From Candidatus Omnitrophota bacterium (lineage in GTDB: Bacteria > Omnitrophota > Gorgyraeia > Zapsychrales > Fredricksoniimonadaceae): DNA of 64,000 nucleotides. Under the pieces are notes generated by a model that did not search any database, was not told where the DNA came from, and saw only the letters and a program-made list of their open reading frames with translations. The first letter of the stretch is position 1, and each line of letters starts with the position of its first letter. The stretch lies in the NCBI GenBank assembly GCA_903908245.1, contig CAIVRE010000022.1, positions 864 to 64,863 of the forward strand, written 5' to 3'. A program made the position numbers and the translations under genes. Shown here piece by piece: positions 28,120 through 36,780 of this stretch.

Positions 28120-29139
28120 TTATTCGATCGGTATGATAATGACCGTTCCCTTTTTAAGTTTGTTCGGGTTTTTGATCCGGTCTTTGTTGATCTCATAAAG
28201 GTACTGCCAGCGGTTGCCGTTGCCCATTTCTTTCTGGGCGATCTTCCAAAGGGAATCATTGGCCTGGATCGTGTATTCCTTTGTCGAGACTTTTACACCG
28301 GACTCGACATTTTCTTTTTCTTCTACCACATAGTTTCCGTTGTCGGCAACCTGAAGATTGGCGTCTTTTGCAGGTACCTGGTCGGCGGGGATGTTGACTT
28401 CGTCCACTTCAGCCACCATGAACTGGGCATTGCGGTCTTTCTGCATGCCCATCAGGTCTTTGATCGGGGCTACGGCATCCAGTTTTCCGCGTGAAACGAT
28501 CTTGATGCGGTCTTCGGTGACCCCGTTCTTCAACATGTATTCCTGGACAGCATCGCCGCGTTTCTTGCCGAGCTTCATGTTGTATTCTTCGGTCCCGCGG
28601 GCATCGCAGTTGCCGGTGATGAGGATGGATGCCTTCGGGTTCTTTTTTAGCGAGCTGACAGCGCGGTCGAGGATGGCCGTATGGTCATCGCGCAGGTCGG
28701 CTTTATTGTAATCAAAATAGATCTTAACATTGCGGATGATCTTTTTGATCAGCAGCGACGCTTTGGTCTCCACTTTCGGGGCCGGGGTTGGTTCTGCCGG
28801 CTTTGTGGTGTCTTTTTCCTTGTAATCATAGATCAGTTTGTAAACGTAAACATAACCGCGATTGCCCCACAGGTCTGTGACCGATCCGGTCTTGGCTGGC
28901 CACCACCAGTAGCCTCCCTTTTGTTCATCTTTAACAGGGGCCGGTTTGGCGTCTGTTGGCCACCAGGAAAATGTTTCCTGCAGTTTCTTCATGTCGGCTT
29001 CGCGGTGTGTTTCGCGTGTGGCTTTATCGATGAATTGTGCCTGGGCTGGGCAGGCCGCGGCCAGCAAGCCGAAAGTGAGGGTTGAAGCGGAAAAAAAACA
29101 GGTGATTGCCTTTAGGCGGTTCATGTTGCTCCTCAACAT
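28120..29139 (-). CDS. Exported OmpA-C-like + LysM peptidoglycan-binding protein
   Basis: Signal peptide. IYFDYNKA, ITGNCDARGTEEYNMKLGKKR, VSRG..DRNA. C-terminal YTIQANDSLWKIA...IKNPNKL..G..IIIP. Confidence 0.85.
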   Translation of the reverse strand: MLRSNMNRLKAITCFFSASTLTFGLLAAACPAQAQFIDKATRETHREADMKKLQETFSWWPTDAKPAPVKDEQKGGYWWWPAKTGSVTDLWGNRGYVYVYKLIYDYKEKDTTKPAEPTPAPKVETKASLLIKKIIRNVKIYFDYNKADLRDDHTAILDRAVSSLKKNPKASILITGNCDARGTEEYNMKLGKKRGDAVQEYMLKNGVTEDRIKIVSRGKLDAVAPIKDLMGMQKDRNAQFMVAEVDEVNIPADQVPAKDANLQVADNGNYVVEEKENVESGVKVSTKEYTIQANDSLWKIAQKEMGNGNRWQYLYEINKDRIKNPNKLKKGTVIIIPIE

Positions 29140-29257
29140 ATTAGGGATTTAAAAGGTCTAGAAATATGGCAATATACTAACATAAAAAAAGAAAAGTAAA
29201 ACAAAATTTGATTTTTGATCTCCGGCCTTTTCGCGCATATTTACTTTGCTTCCGTTC

Positions 29258-29818
29258 ATGCTTTTTGATATAACCAATGCCATGGAATTTCATGAGGCCT
29301 GGGCCCGCGCGTTAAAAGAGACCGAGATCATCCGTTCGAGAGTGTTGTCGCTGCCGACATACGACGATTCCCACGTGCCGTATCTTTTTTTGTCTCCATC
29401 AACGCTTAATGAAGGCGATACGGTTGTCCGCCGGGGCAAGATCCTGGTGCAGCGGCCGGCCTTGATGCTCCCGCCCAATATCCCCCAGCTGGAAGGTTTT
29501 GATATTCAGAAGAATGAAGGCGAGACCGACAGTTCTGTTATGAGTTTTCTCCTGGTGCGGGGGATCACTATCCCGTCATTAAAATATAATAACCAGACGC
29601 ATTCGCTTGATGTGTTCGAGGGCGATGTGCGCCAGGCTGTTTCATATTTTGCGAATCAGATGGAGCGGGAAGAGGATGTTGCCACGGGGCTTTTGCTGGG
29701 CCATGAGGATGTGTGGCAGTTCTCGGTCCTGATCTTTGTTTGTTCCCAGATCGCGCGCAATACCGAAGTTGACCTTAAAAGGCTGATGGATGATTTCCGT
29801 CGAAGAGAGGGCGTATGA
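29258..29818 (+). CDS. Conserved hypothetical protein
   Basis: Globular-looking ORF whose stop overlaps the peptidase start (ATGA). The start codon is uncertain. Confidence 0.6.
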   Translation: MLFDITNAMEFHEAWARALKETEIIRSRVLSLPTYDDSHVPYLFLSPSTLNEGDTVVRRGKILVQRPALMLPPNIPQLEGFDIQKNEGETDSSVMSFLLVRGITIPSLKYNNQTHSLDVFEGDVRQAVSYFANQMEREEDVATGLLLGHEDVWQFSVLIFVCSQIARNTEVDLKRLMDDFRRREGV

Positions 29819-32400
29819 GCAGAATGGCCAAAGTGGTGGCGATTGTTGTTTTCCTGTTTGCTTTTATTTCATCGGCAGGCGCGGCCGAGGGGCGCTTTTC
29901 CAGGTATGTGCTTGATAACGGGTTAACGGTCCTGGTCAATGAAATGCCTGCTTCGCCGATGGTCGCTGTTGATGTCTGGGTCAAGACCGGATCCGCGAAT
30001 GAGGGTGTGCATATCGGCAGCGGGATCACGCATTTTGTGGAACACATGCTTTTCAAGGGTACAGCCCGCCGGGGCGTAGGCGTTATATCCGATGAGGCGC
30101 GCGCGATGGGCGGCAGTATTAACGCTTCGACCAGCCATGATTTTACCGTGTTTACTTTAAGCGTTCCGAGAGTGAATTTCAGCCTTGGGCTTGACCTGAT
30201 CGCGGACATGGTCCGTAATCCCGCCTTTGACCCGGCCGAAGTGGAGCGTGAGCGGGGGGTCATCCAGAAAGAAATGAAGATGGTCAATGACCGCCCGGAC
30301 CGCAAGCTGGATGATGCGGTCTATCAGGCGGTCTATCTGACCCATCCATATCGTTATCCGGTCATCGGTTACGAACAGATCTTTAGCGCCATTACCCGCG
30401 ATCAGCTGGTGGAATATTACAGAACGTATTACGCGCCCAATAACATGATCCTTTCGATCGCCGGGGGAGTCAAGGCGGAGGAGGCATTGTCCGGAATAAA
30501 GAAGGTTTTTGATGATTTTCCGGCCCGGTCAACTCCGTTGAGGGTTTTGCCTCAGGAGGCGCAGCAGGTCACTCCGCGTGCGGTTGTAGTGCGTTATCCG
30601 ACGGACCTGATCCGGATGGTGATCGTCTACCAGGGGATGCCTCTTTTTGACAGGGACCTTTTTGCGGGGGATGTCCTGGCCATGGTCCTGGGCAGCGGGC
30701 AAAGTTCGCGTTTTAATCAGGAGCTGTATGAGAAACAGCGGCTGGTTGAGGCGGTCAGCGCGGGCAATGACACACCGATGGATCGCGGGAAATTTGAAAT
30801 ATCCTGTTTGCTCAATAAAGATAATGTTGAAAAGGTTTTGGCCACAACGCAGGCAATGATCGATGAGGTGAAGGCCAACGGCCTTAAGGCCCAGGAGTTG
30901 GAAAGAGCCAAGAGGGTGGTGATGGTCCAGAATATTTACAGCCGGGAAACGGCGGAGGGCGTTGCCTATCGTGCGGCGATGGAAGATGCTTTTGCGGGTG
31001 ACGCGCAGTTCTCCGAGAAGTATTTGGACGGGGTTCGCGCTGTTACCAATGATGATATCAAGAGGGTGGCGGCGAAATATCTTGTTCCTTCAGGCAGGAC
31101 GGTCGTTGTGATGAAGCCCAAGGATGTTCCGGCTGCGGGGGCGTCGCGTCCTGTGGAGGACGTCAGGGCTCCGGAACCGCAATTGTTCGTTTTGCCTAAC
31201 GGGATCAGGCTCATTGTGAAGAAAGACATGTCGTTGCCTTTGGTCAGCGTGCGCGCGGTCATCAGGGGGGGGATCCGTGAGGAATCTTTGGATAAAGCCG
31301 GCTTGGCGGGGTTGACCGGCCGGGTGTGGAGCCGAGGGGTCAGGGGAAAGACCGCGGAACAGTTTGCCCGTGAAATAGAGGATCGTGCCGGAAGTTTTTC
31401 GGCCGGGGCGGGGTTGGACTCGTTCACTGCTTCCTTTGATGTGCTGGCGGAAGACCTTCCTCTGGCATTTGAGGACCTGGCTCTTTTGTTGAAGTCGCCG
31501 ACATTTCCTGAAAGCGAGATCGGCAAACAGAAAGACGACATGTTGACAGCATTGCGTGCGCGCAAGGACAGCATTGCCCAGATGTCTTTTCGTGCCTTGT
31601 ATGAAACGCTTTTTACCGAGCACCCCCTGCGCCGGGATCCATTGGGGACGCCGGAGTCCCTGGCGCGTATTACGCGTGAGGACCTGGTCTCGTTTTATAA
31701 CAGGTTTGTATCTTCCCGGAATATCATCATTGCGGTTTACGGGGATATCGATATCGAGAAAGTGAAGCAGGAGCTTTCACGCCGGGTCGGGGATATGAAG
31801 CCGTTCATGGTCACAACGACACTTACGGAAGACATGCCGGTGCAGGCAACCCGCGTGAAGGAATTATCGATGGATAAGGAGCAGGCTTTTGTGGTCTATG
31901 GATTTCATGGTGCGAAGATCGGCACTCCCGCAAAATACGCGCTGGAAGTTGCCGTGAATGCCCTGAGTTCGTCATTGAGCGGCAGGATGTTCAAGCGGAT
32001 CCGGGATGAACTGGGGAAGGCCTATGCCTTAAGCGGTTTTTGTTCGCCAGGAGAGGATGTCGGGGTGTGCGCTTTTTATGTGATGACGACCAAAGACAAT
32101 GTGGCCAAAGTGCGTTCCCTGATGGAGGATGAGCTGAAGAAGGCGGCGGATCAGGGGTTTTCCGATAAAGAGATCGCGGACGCAAAGGTTTTTTTGAAGA
32201 GCGACTTCGCTCGGGACAGTCAGGAGGTCAGTGCTCAGGCGGATCGTGATATCGGCAGTGAGTTCTATGGCCTTGGGGTGAAGGCTTATCAGCTTTATGA
32301 CGGACGCATTGATGCTGTTACGCCAGAGGCGGCGCGCAATGTTGTGAGGGATTTCTTTAATGTTTCCAAAGCCGCGGTAGTTGTTACCCGTCCCGAGTGA
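29815..32400 (+). CDS. Exported M16 (pitrilysin/insulinase) zinc peptidase
   Basis: Signal peptide, GITHFVEHMLFKGT (HxxEH), NAST, and a duplicated inactive second half. Confidence 0.9.
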   Translation: MSRMAKVVAIVVFLFAFISSAGAAEGRFSRYVLDNGLTVLVNEMPASPMVAVDVWVKTGSANEGVHIGSGITHFVEHMLFKGTARRGVGVISDEARAMGGSINASTSHDFTVFTLSVPRVNFSLGLDLIADMVRNPAFDPAEVERERGVIQKEMKMVNDRPDRKLDDAVYQAVYLTHPYRYPVIGYEQIFSAITRDQLVEYYRTYYAPNNMILSIAGGVKAEEALSGIKKVFDDFPARSTPLRVLPQEAQQVTPRAVVVRYPTDLIRMVIVYQGMPLFDRDLFAGDVLAMVLGSGQSSRFNQELYEKQRLVEAVSAGNDTPMDRGKFEISCLLNKDNVEKVLATTQAMIDEVKANGLKAQELERAKRVVMVQNIYSRETAEGVAYRAAMEDAFAGDAQFSEKYLDGVRAVTNDDIKRVAAKYLVPSGRTVVVMKPKDVPAAGASRPVEDVRAPEPQLFVLPNGIRLIVKKDMSLPLVSVRAVIRGGIREESLDKAGLAGLTGRVWSRGVRGKTAEQFAREIEDRAGSFSAGAGLDSFTASFDVLAEDLPLAFEDLALLLKSPTFPESEIGKQKDDMLTALRARKDSIAQMSFRALYETLFTEHPLRRDPLGTPESLARITREDLVSFYNRFVSSRNIIIAVYGDIDIEKVKQELSRRVGDMKPFMVTTTLTEDMPVQATRVKELSMDKEQAFVVYGFHGAKIGTPAKYALEVAVNALSSSLSGRMFKRIRDELGKAYALSGFCSPGEDVGVCAFYVMTTKDNVAKVRSLMEDELKKAADQGFSDKEIADAKVFLKSDFARDSQEVSAQADRDIGSEFYGLGVKAYQLYDGRIDAVTPEAARNVVRDFFNVSKAAVVVTRPE

Positions 32401-32456
32401 TTTTTTACAAATCTCTTTAGACCTCTTTTCGGATTTGTGTTAAATTAACTGCATCT

Positions 32457-33818
32457 ATGAATAAAAATATCCGCCTTGAACTGGAAGATCAGCTTCTGGA
32501 CCGCCTGAAAGGCAAGGTCAAGCTTTTACAGCCCAGCCTCGAAAAAGAAGAGCTCGCTCTTGCCACGCTGGAATCAGTCCTCGTCAATGACAAGTCCCGT
32601 AAATTCGCCAGTGAGTTTTCGTCGGGGGAGGAAAAGACGGATTTTATCCGGTCATTCCTTTCCTACGGGCTGATCGAGGAGCTTTTGTGCAACGGCGATG
32701 TGGAAGATATTGTTATCCACGGGTTGAAGCCTATTTATATCCATCATGCCGAAAAAGGTTTTATATCAACGGGAAAAAAGTTCGAGCATATCCGCGAGCT
32801 GGAAGTCTTTATGAAGAAGCTTCTGATTTTCGGCGGCCGGGAGACGGTCAAGCGTGTCCTTGATCTTGAGCTGGCGAACCTGGGGGGACGTGCGAATATC
32901 ATTACTTCCCCTTTCGGCGCGCAGATCACGATCACCAAGGCCAAGGTCGATCCGATCAGCATCCTTGACCTTATCGAGCGCGGGAGCATGACCTATGAAG
33001 TGGCGGCCCAGCTGTGGGTTTATGTGGATGGTTTGTCAATCCGCCCGGCCAATATCATGCTGGCGGGCGGGCCTGGAACGGGCAAGACCACGCTTTTAAA
33101 CGCCCTTTTCAGTTTTATTCCCGAGAAGGACCATTTGATCATTATCGAGGATACCCTCGAGCTCAACACGTTTTTGATGGACACGGTGTCGCGCCTGGAG
33201 AGCGATGAAGAGCTGAGCCTGGCGGACCTGGTGAAGAACAGCCTGCGCATGCGCCCTGAGCGTATTATTATTGGTGAGGTGAGGGGTATTGAAGCGCGCG
33301 ACATGATCACATCCATGAATGTTGGTAAATATTGCATGTGCACCATCCACGCGCTGACATCCCGCGAGGCGATCACCCGTTTGCAGAACGAGCCGATGAA
33401 TATCCCCGAGACGCTGGTGAACCTGATCGATGTCTTTCTGGTATTGAAACGGTATCATGTTAACGGACGGTTGTTCCGTGTGGTGGACGAGGTCAGCGAG
33501 ACCGGAGGGATGGAGCAGAAGAAGATCCTGTTATCGCCGGTTTACAAGTACAATTATGAACAGAATAAGGTGATGATGATGTCGCCCAGTACGGTCTATC
33601 GTGACCGGCTGGCGCGCGAGGCGGGGATCACGCCGCGCGATATCATTAATGAGACCCTTATTCGCGCTGTTGTCCTTAAACAATTGCATGGCAAGGGAGT
33701 GCATACGCTTAAGGATGTCACCACTTTCTGCAAGGCTTATCGTGTAGATCCCTCTGATGCAATGACCCGTATCGGCCTTAACCGGAACAATCTGCTAAAG
33801 GAAGTTTCCCACCTTTGA
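32457..33818 (+). CDS. Type II/IV secretion-system ATPase (CpaF/TadA/VirB11/FlaI family)
   Basis: GGPGTGKTTLLNAL, IIEDTLEL, LVKNSLRMRPERIIIGEVRG.EA, CTIHA. Confidence 0.85.
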   Translation: MNKNIRLELEDQLLDRLKGKVKLLQPSLEKEELALATLESVLVNDKSRKFASEFSSGEEKTDFIRSFLSYGLIEELLCNGDVEDIVIHGLKPIYIHHAEKGFISTGKKFEHIRELEVFMKKLLIFGGRETVKRVLDLELANLGGRANIITSPFGAQITITKAKVDPISILDLIERGSMTYEVAAQLWVYVDGLSIRPANIMLAGGPGTGKTTLLNALFSFIPEKDHLIIIEDTLELNTFLMDTVSRLESDEELSLADLVKNSLRMRPERIIIGEVRGIEARDMITSMNVGKYCMCTIHALTSREAITRLQNEPMNIPETLVNLIDVFLVLKRYHVNGRLFRVVDEVSETGGMEQKKILLSPVYKYNYEQNKVMMMSPSTVYRDRLAREAGITPRDIINETLIRAVVLKQLHGKGVHTLKDVTTFCKAYRVDPSDAMTRIGLNRNNLLKEVSHL

Positions 33819-33855
33819 TGTGTCGGGGTGTCTTTTTTTCAGGTGAAAAATAGTC

Positions 33856-33883
33856 TTGTATTCTCAGGGATTATGTGTAAAAT
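33856..33883 (+). promoter_or_regulatory. Putative promoter of tRNA-Arg-tadA
   Basis: TTGTAT-16nt-TAAAAT with TG upstream of the -10. Confidence 0.4.
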
Positions 33884-33926
33884 TTAGAACGCAATTTCCC
33901 GATGTTCTTTAAAAAATCAATATTTT

Positions 33927-34000
33927 GCGCCCATAGCTCAATTGGATAGAGCATTTGACTACGGATCAGAAGGTTGTAGGTTCGACTCCTACTGGGCGCG
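33927..34000 (+). tRNA. tRNA-Arg (anticodon ACG)
   Basis: GCGCCCA/TGGGCGC acceptor stem, anticodon loop CT-ACG-GA, GGTTCGACTCC T-arm. No encoded CCA. Confidence 0.95.
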
Positions 34001-34036
34001 TTCTTCTCACCGGCATCCAAGCCGGTATTTTTATTT

Positions 34037-34504
34037 ATGGATATTGACTTTCAGTCCCACGAAGTGATGATGCGCGAAGCATTAAAGCTTGCGCGCCGCG
34101 CCGCTGATGCCGACGAGGTCCCGGTGGGGGCCGTGATCGTTCATGGCCGGGATATTATTGCCCGTGCCTATAATCAGGTGGAAATGCTCAAGGACCCGAC
34201 CGCGCATGCGGAGATGATCGCTATCACTCAGGCGACGAATCATCTTGGTTCCAAATGGTTGCATGAGTGTGTGATGTATGTTACAATCGAGCCCTGTTCG
34301 ATGTGTTCGGGGGCGCTCGTTCTGGCCAGGATCGAAAAAGTTTTTTTTGGCGCGGCTGACCCCAAGACGGGGGCGTGTGGTTCGGTGATCGATATTCTTC
34401 GGAATAAAGACCTGAATCATCAGGTTGATGTGGCGGGCGGGTTGCTCAAGGATGAATGCGGCGCGTTGATGAGCGAGTTCTTTAAAAAGAAGCGCAAGAA
34501 ATAG
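34037..34504 (+). CDS. tadA: tRNA adenosine(34) deaminase
   Basis: EVPVGAVIV, DPTAHAE, YVTIEPCSMC, DPKTGA, LNH, FFKKKR. Confidence 0.92.
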   Translation: MDIDFQSHEVMMREALKLARRAADADEVPVGAVIVHGRDIIARAYNQVEMLKDPTAHAEMIAITQATNHLGSKWLHECVMYVTIEPCSMCSGALVLARIEKVFFGAADPKTGACGSVIDILRNKDLNHQVDVAGGLLKDECGALMSEFFKKKRKK

Positions 34505-34597
34505 ATTTTCCGAGTGTAGTGGAAACTTCTATCCATTCGTCGGGCTGATAGCCCGTCGTGATGGATAGAAGTCTCCAAAACTCTCGGAGAGAGTTTT

Positions 34598-34686
34598 GGA
34601 GAGGTGCCAGAGTGGCCGATTGGAGCTTCCTGCTAAGAAGTTGACTGGGGAAACCTGGTCCCAGGGTTCGAATCCCTGCTTCTCCG
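34598..34686 (+). tRNA. tRNA-Ser (anticodon GCT)
   Basis: GGAGAGG/CTTCTCC acceptor stem, anticodon loop CT-GCT-AA, long variable arm, GGTTCGAATCC, G discriminator. Confidence 0.92.
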
Positions 34687-34715
34687 TTTTTTTTTGTAAA
34701 AGCAAGCTGTCGATA

Positions 34716-34743
34716 TTGACAAGCCAAAGATTATAGTTATAAT
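34716..34743 (+). promoter_or_regulatory. Consensus sigma70 promoter of tRNA-Asn
   Basis: TTGACA-16nt-TATAAT. Confidence 0.8.
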
Positions 34744-34772
34744 TCATCCACATTTGTTTTTTATAGTTTTAT

Positions 34773-34848
34773 TCCCCTGTAGCTCAGTTGGTAGAGCATG
34801 TGGCTGTTAACCACAGTGTCCGAGGTTCGAGCCCTCGCGGGGGAGCCA
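34773..34848 (+). tRNA. tRNA-Asn (anticodon GTT)
   Basis: TCCCCTG/CGGGGGA acceptor stem, anticodon loop CT-GTT-AA, GGTTCGAGCC, encoded CCA. Confidence 0.95.
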
Positions 34849-34941
34849 TTGTTGACGAACAGACGCACCTGGCGTCGTTCAACTAACGCCTCGCGCAGAG
34901 TAGTCTGTGCGAGGCGTTCTTTATGTAAAACGGGAGGAATT

Positions 34942-35262
34942 ATGAAAAAAGTTTTTGTTTTATTGTTATGTTTAGGGCTAGTAGGTTGTGCAACCGCTCC
35001 AAATATGAGTGTGCTATCTTTGGGGATGACCAAAAATGAGGTCACAAGAGCATTGGGAAAACCATTCAGTGTTAGTGCTCAGGGTAATATGGAGTATTTA
35101 ACTTATAATGATAGATCCGGAATTTATGGCGATTATACAATACCTTACTTTGTTCGTTTGGTTAATGGCAAAGTCGAATCTTACGGGAAGGTTGGAGATT
35201 TTGATTCTGCAAAGAATCCTGCCAATGATATAAATTTAAATGTCAAAACAGAGAGTAAATAA
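34942..35262 (+). CDS. Small lipoprotein (SmpA/OmlA/BamE-like fold)
   Basis: RBS GGGAGG, MKK..LVGC lipobox, LSLGMTKNEVTRALGKP. Confidence 0.7.
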   Translation: MKKVFVLLLCLGLVGCATAPNMSVLSLGMTKNEVTRALGKPFSVSAQGNMEYLTYNDRSGIYGDYTIPYFVRLVNGKVESYGKVGDFDSAKNPANDINLNVKTESK

Positions 35263-35283
35263 AAACAGATTCGGGGCGGTCAT

Positions 35284-35874
35284 ATGGAAATAGCTAAATT
35301 GGTTCTTGAATTTATAAAAGTTTTTTTATCTGCGCATATGGTTATTAGTTTTTTAACAATTATTTTTATCTGTACTTTCCGAAAGGAGATCGCAGGACTG
35401 ATTACTCGAGTTTTACTTATCAAATTTCCTGGTGGCGGTGAATTATCCATGTCTCAAAGCCAAAAAAGCTCAGTAGAGTCGTCAATTAAGAAAGATCCGC
35501 CATCAGTACCTGCACCTAGTGATTTGCCTTCGGGATTACATTTAACTGTGGAACAAGTTAAAACTATTCAAGAACTTATTCAGTCTGAGCGAGTGAATGC
35601 TTATTTATGGGAGTATCGGTATCTTAATTTCTTTTTAGTTAGAGGCACTCAGTATGTACTTGATTGGCTCGCTACTCTGCAACAGAGACCCAACCTAAGG
35701 TTATACGACAATATTTGGTCGCCGATAATTTCAAATCCAGTAGAAAGGCAGGCCATACTTAATGCGCTTCAACAGCACCATTTAATCAATATAATGGACG
35801 ATTTGATAGAGGTTACTGATAAGGGACGTGAGTATCTTGGGTGGCGAGGTCCAATGCCTGCTTTACCGAATTAG
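35284..35874 (+). CDS. Hypothetical membrane-anchored protein with possible C-terminal winged helix
   Basis: N-terminal TM followed by IKFPGGGEL. C-terminus ILNALQQHHLI....IEVTDKGREYL. Confidence 0.6.
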   Translation: MEIAKLVLEFIKVFLSAHMVISFLTIIFICTFRKEIAGLITRVLLIKFPGGGELSMSQSQKSSVESSIKKDPPSVPAPSDLPSGLHLTVEQVKTIQELIQSERVNAYLWEYRYLNFFLVRGTQYVLDWLATLQQRPNLRLYDNIWSPIISNPVERQAILNALQQHHLINIMDDLIEVTDKGREYLGWRGPMPALPN

Positions 35875-36098
35875 TTTAATGTAGATTATTGGCTAATATA
35901 GCTCAAACATTTTCTTTCCTCGTGGTCCTCGCCAACGTTTCATTCTAACCAGCAAAGCAACCCATTTCCTTTGATATCTGTGTTGTGAGTCCATAGCGGG
36001 TCTCGCCATTGACTCACACCATAATGTGTTGCGTTTTACGTCATCGGTGGGGAGCCATTTAGATAACTCTAGCGAACACCCGCTAGAGTGGTTTACAG

Positions 36099-36146
36099 AA
36101 AATAGCCCTTTATCGGTCGGTTGATCGAAAAGGGCTATTTTTATTT
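36099..36146 (+). terminator. Intrinsic terminator downstream of the duplicated tRNA end
   Basis: AAAATAGCCCTTT / AAAGGGCTATTTT stem followed by T's. Confidence 0.7.
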
Positions 36147-36214
36147 CATTGGGGTCAATAACCCCAAGTAAGTGAATTCCTTTGTTAATTCTCCGAATCT
36201 TATTTCCGTCGTAA

Positions 36215-36234
36215 TTTAATGCTTTTTTAATACC
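36215..36234 (+). promoter_or_regulatory. Putative KdpE binding site
   Basis: TTTAAT-GCTTT-TTTAAT-ACC, an 11-bp-period T-rich direct repeat similar to the E. coli KdpE box, upstream of the kdp operon. Confidence 0.55.
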
Positions 36235-36311
36235 TTCCGCCTGCCTTTTAACTCGAAATAATCTTGTGCGAAACTAAACTTATATGTGGGAAGTGATTCC
36301 AGGAGGTCGTT

Positions 36312-36596
36312 ATGCGGACAATCAAAAAACATATCATGATTGGGCTCAGCGCCGGATTGATCGTATTTGCTATGAGCTGTGGCAACGCTTGGTCGGTTGT
36401 GCCGTATACCTTGCCGCTGGATCTGGTCAAGGCAGAGACGGTTCAGTCGGAGAAGCAAGAGATCCTAAAGAGAATTGAAAACCTGAAGAGGCTGGACATC
36501 AGGGCCATCAAAGAAATAAGGGACGATCTGAAGCAGATGGAAGAGAAGGACCGCGAGTCGTTTCCAAAGAAGCAGGTTACGGAAGAAAGGCATTAA
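36312..36596 (+). CDS. Small exported protein heading the kdp operon
   Basis: RBS AGGAGG, signal-peptide-like N-terminus, charged helical C-terminus. Confidence 0.6.
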   Translation: MRTIKKHIMIGLSAGLIVFAMSCGNAWSVVPYTLPLDLVKAETVQSEKQEILKRIENLKRLDIRAIKEIRDDLKQMEEKDRESFPKKQVTEERH

Positions 36597-36598
36597 CT

Positions 36599-36679
36599 AT
36601 GGATATGATCATTATTGGCTTAATTTTGTTGCTTGCGTTCGCGTCATTGGGCTTTATCAATCTGTGCGGAAAAGTTTGA
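36599..36679 (+). CDS. 26-aa single-TM peptide upstream of kdpF (not in ORF track)
   Basis: MDMIIIGLILLLAFASLGFINLCGKV. Tightly packed between its neighbours. Confidence 0.6.
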   Translation: MDMIIIGLILLLAFASLGFINLCGKV

Positions 36680-36687
36680 GGTGACCT

Positions 36688-36780
36688 ATGTTGGGGATCT
36701 ATTGGATCGGCGGAATATTGGCTTTGGGATTGTTCGTTTATCTGTTTCTGGCGCTTCTTAAACCGGAGATGTTCTCATGA
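36688..36780 (+). CDS. kdpF: K+-transporting ATPase subunit F (not in ORF track)
   Basis: [30 protein letters not shown] with the YL..ALLxPExF motif. RBS GAGGTG, ATGA overlap with kdpA. Confidence 0.88.
   Translation: MLGIYWIGGILALGLFVYLFLALLKPEMFS

Larger units (their letters stand above)
34840..36059. mobile_element. Integrase-less genomic islet at tRNA-Asn bounded by a duplicated tRNA 3' end
   Basis: GGGGAGCCATT occurs at 34840-34850 and 36049-36059 (14/16 identity when extended upstream). Two AT-rich genes lie between the copies. Confidence 0.55.

Noticed and set aside
34529-35045. ORFs overlapping tRNA-Ser and tRNA-Asn
   Set aside because: These are spurious translations of tRNA genes. 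The lipoprotein starts at 34942.
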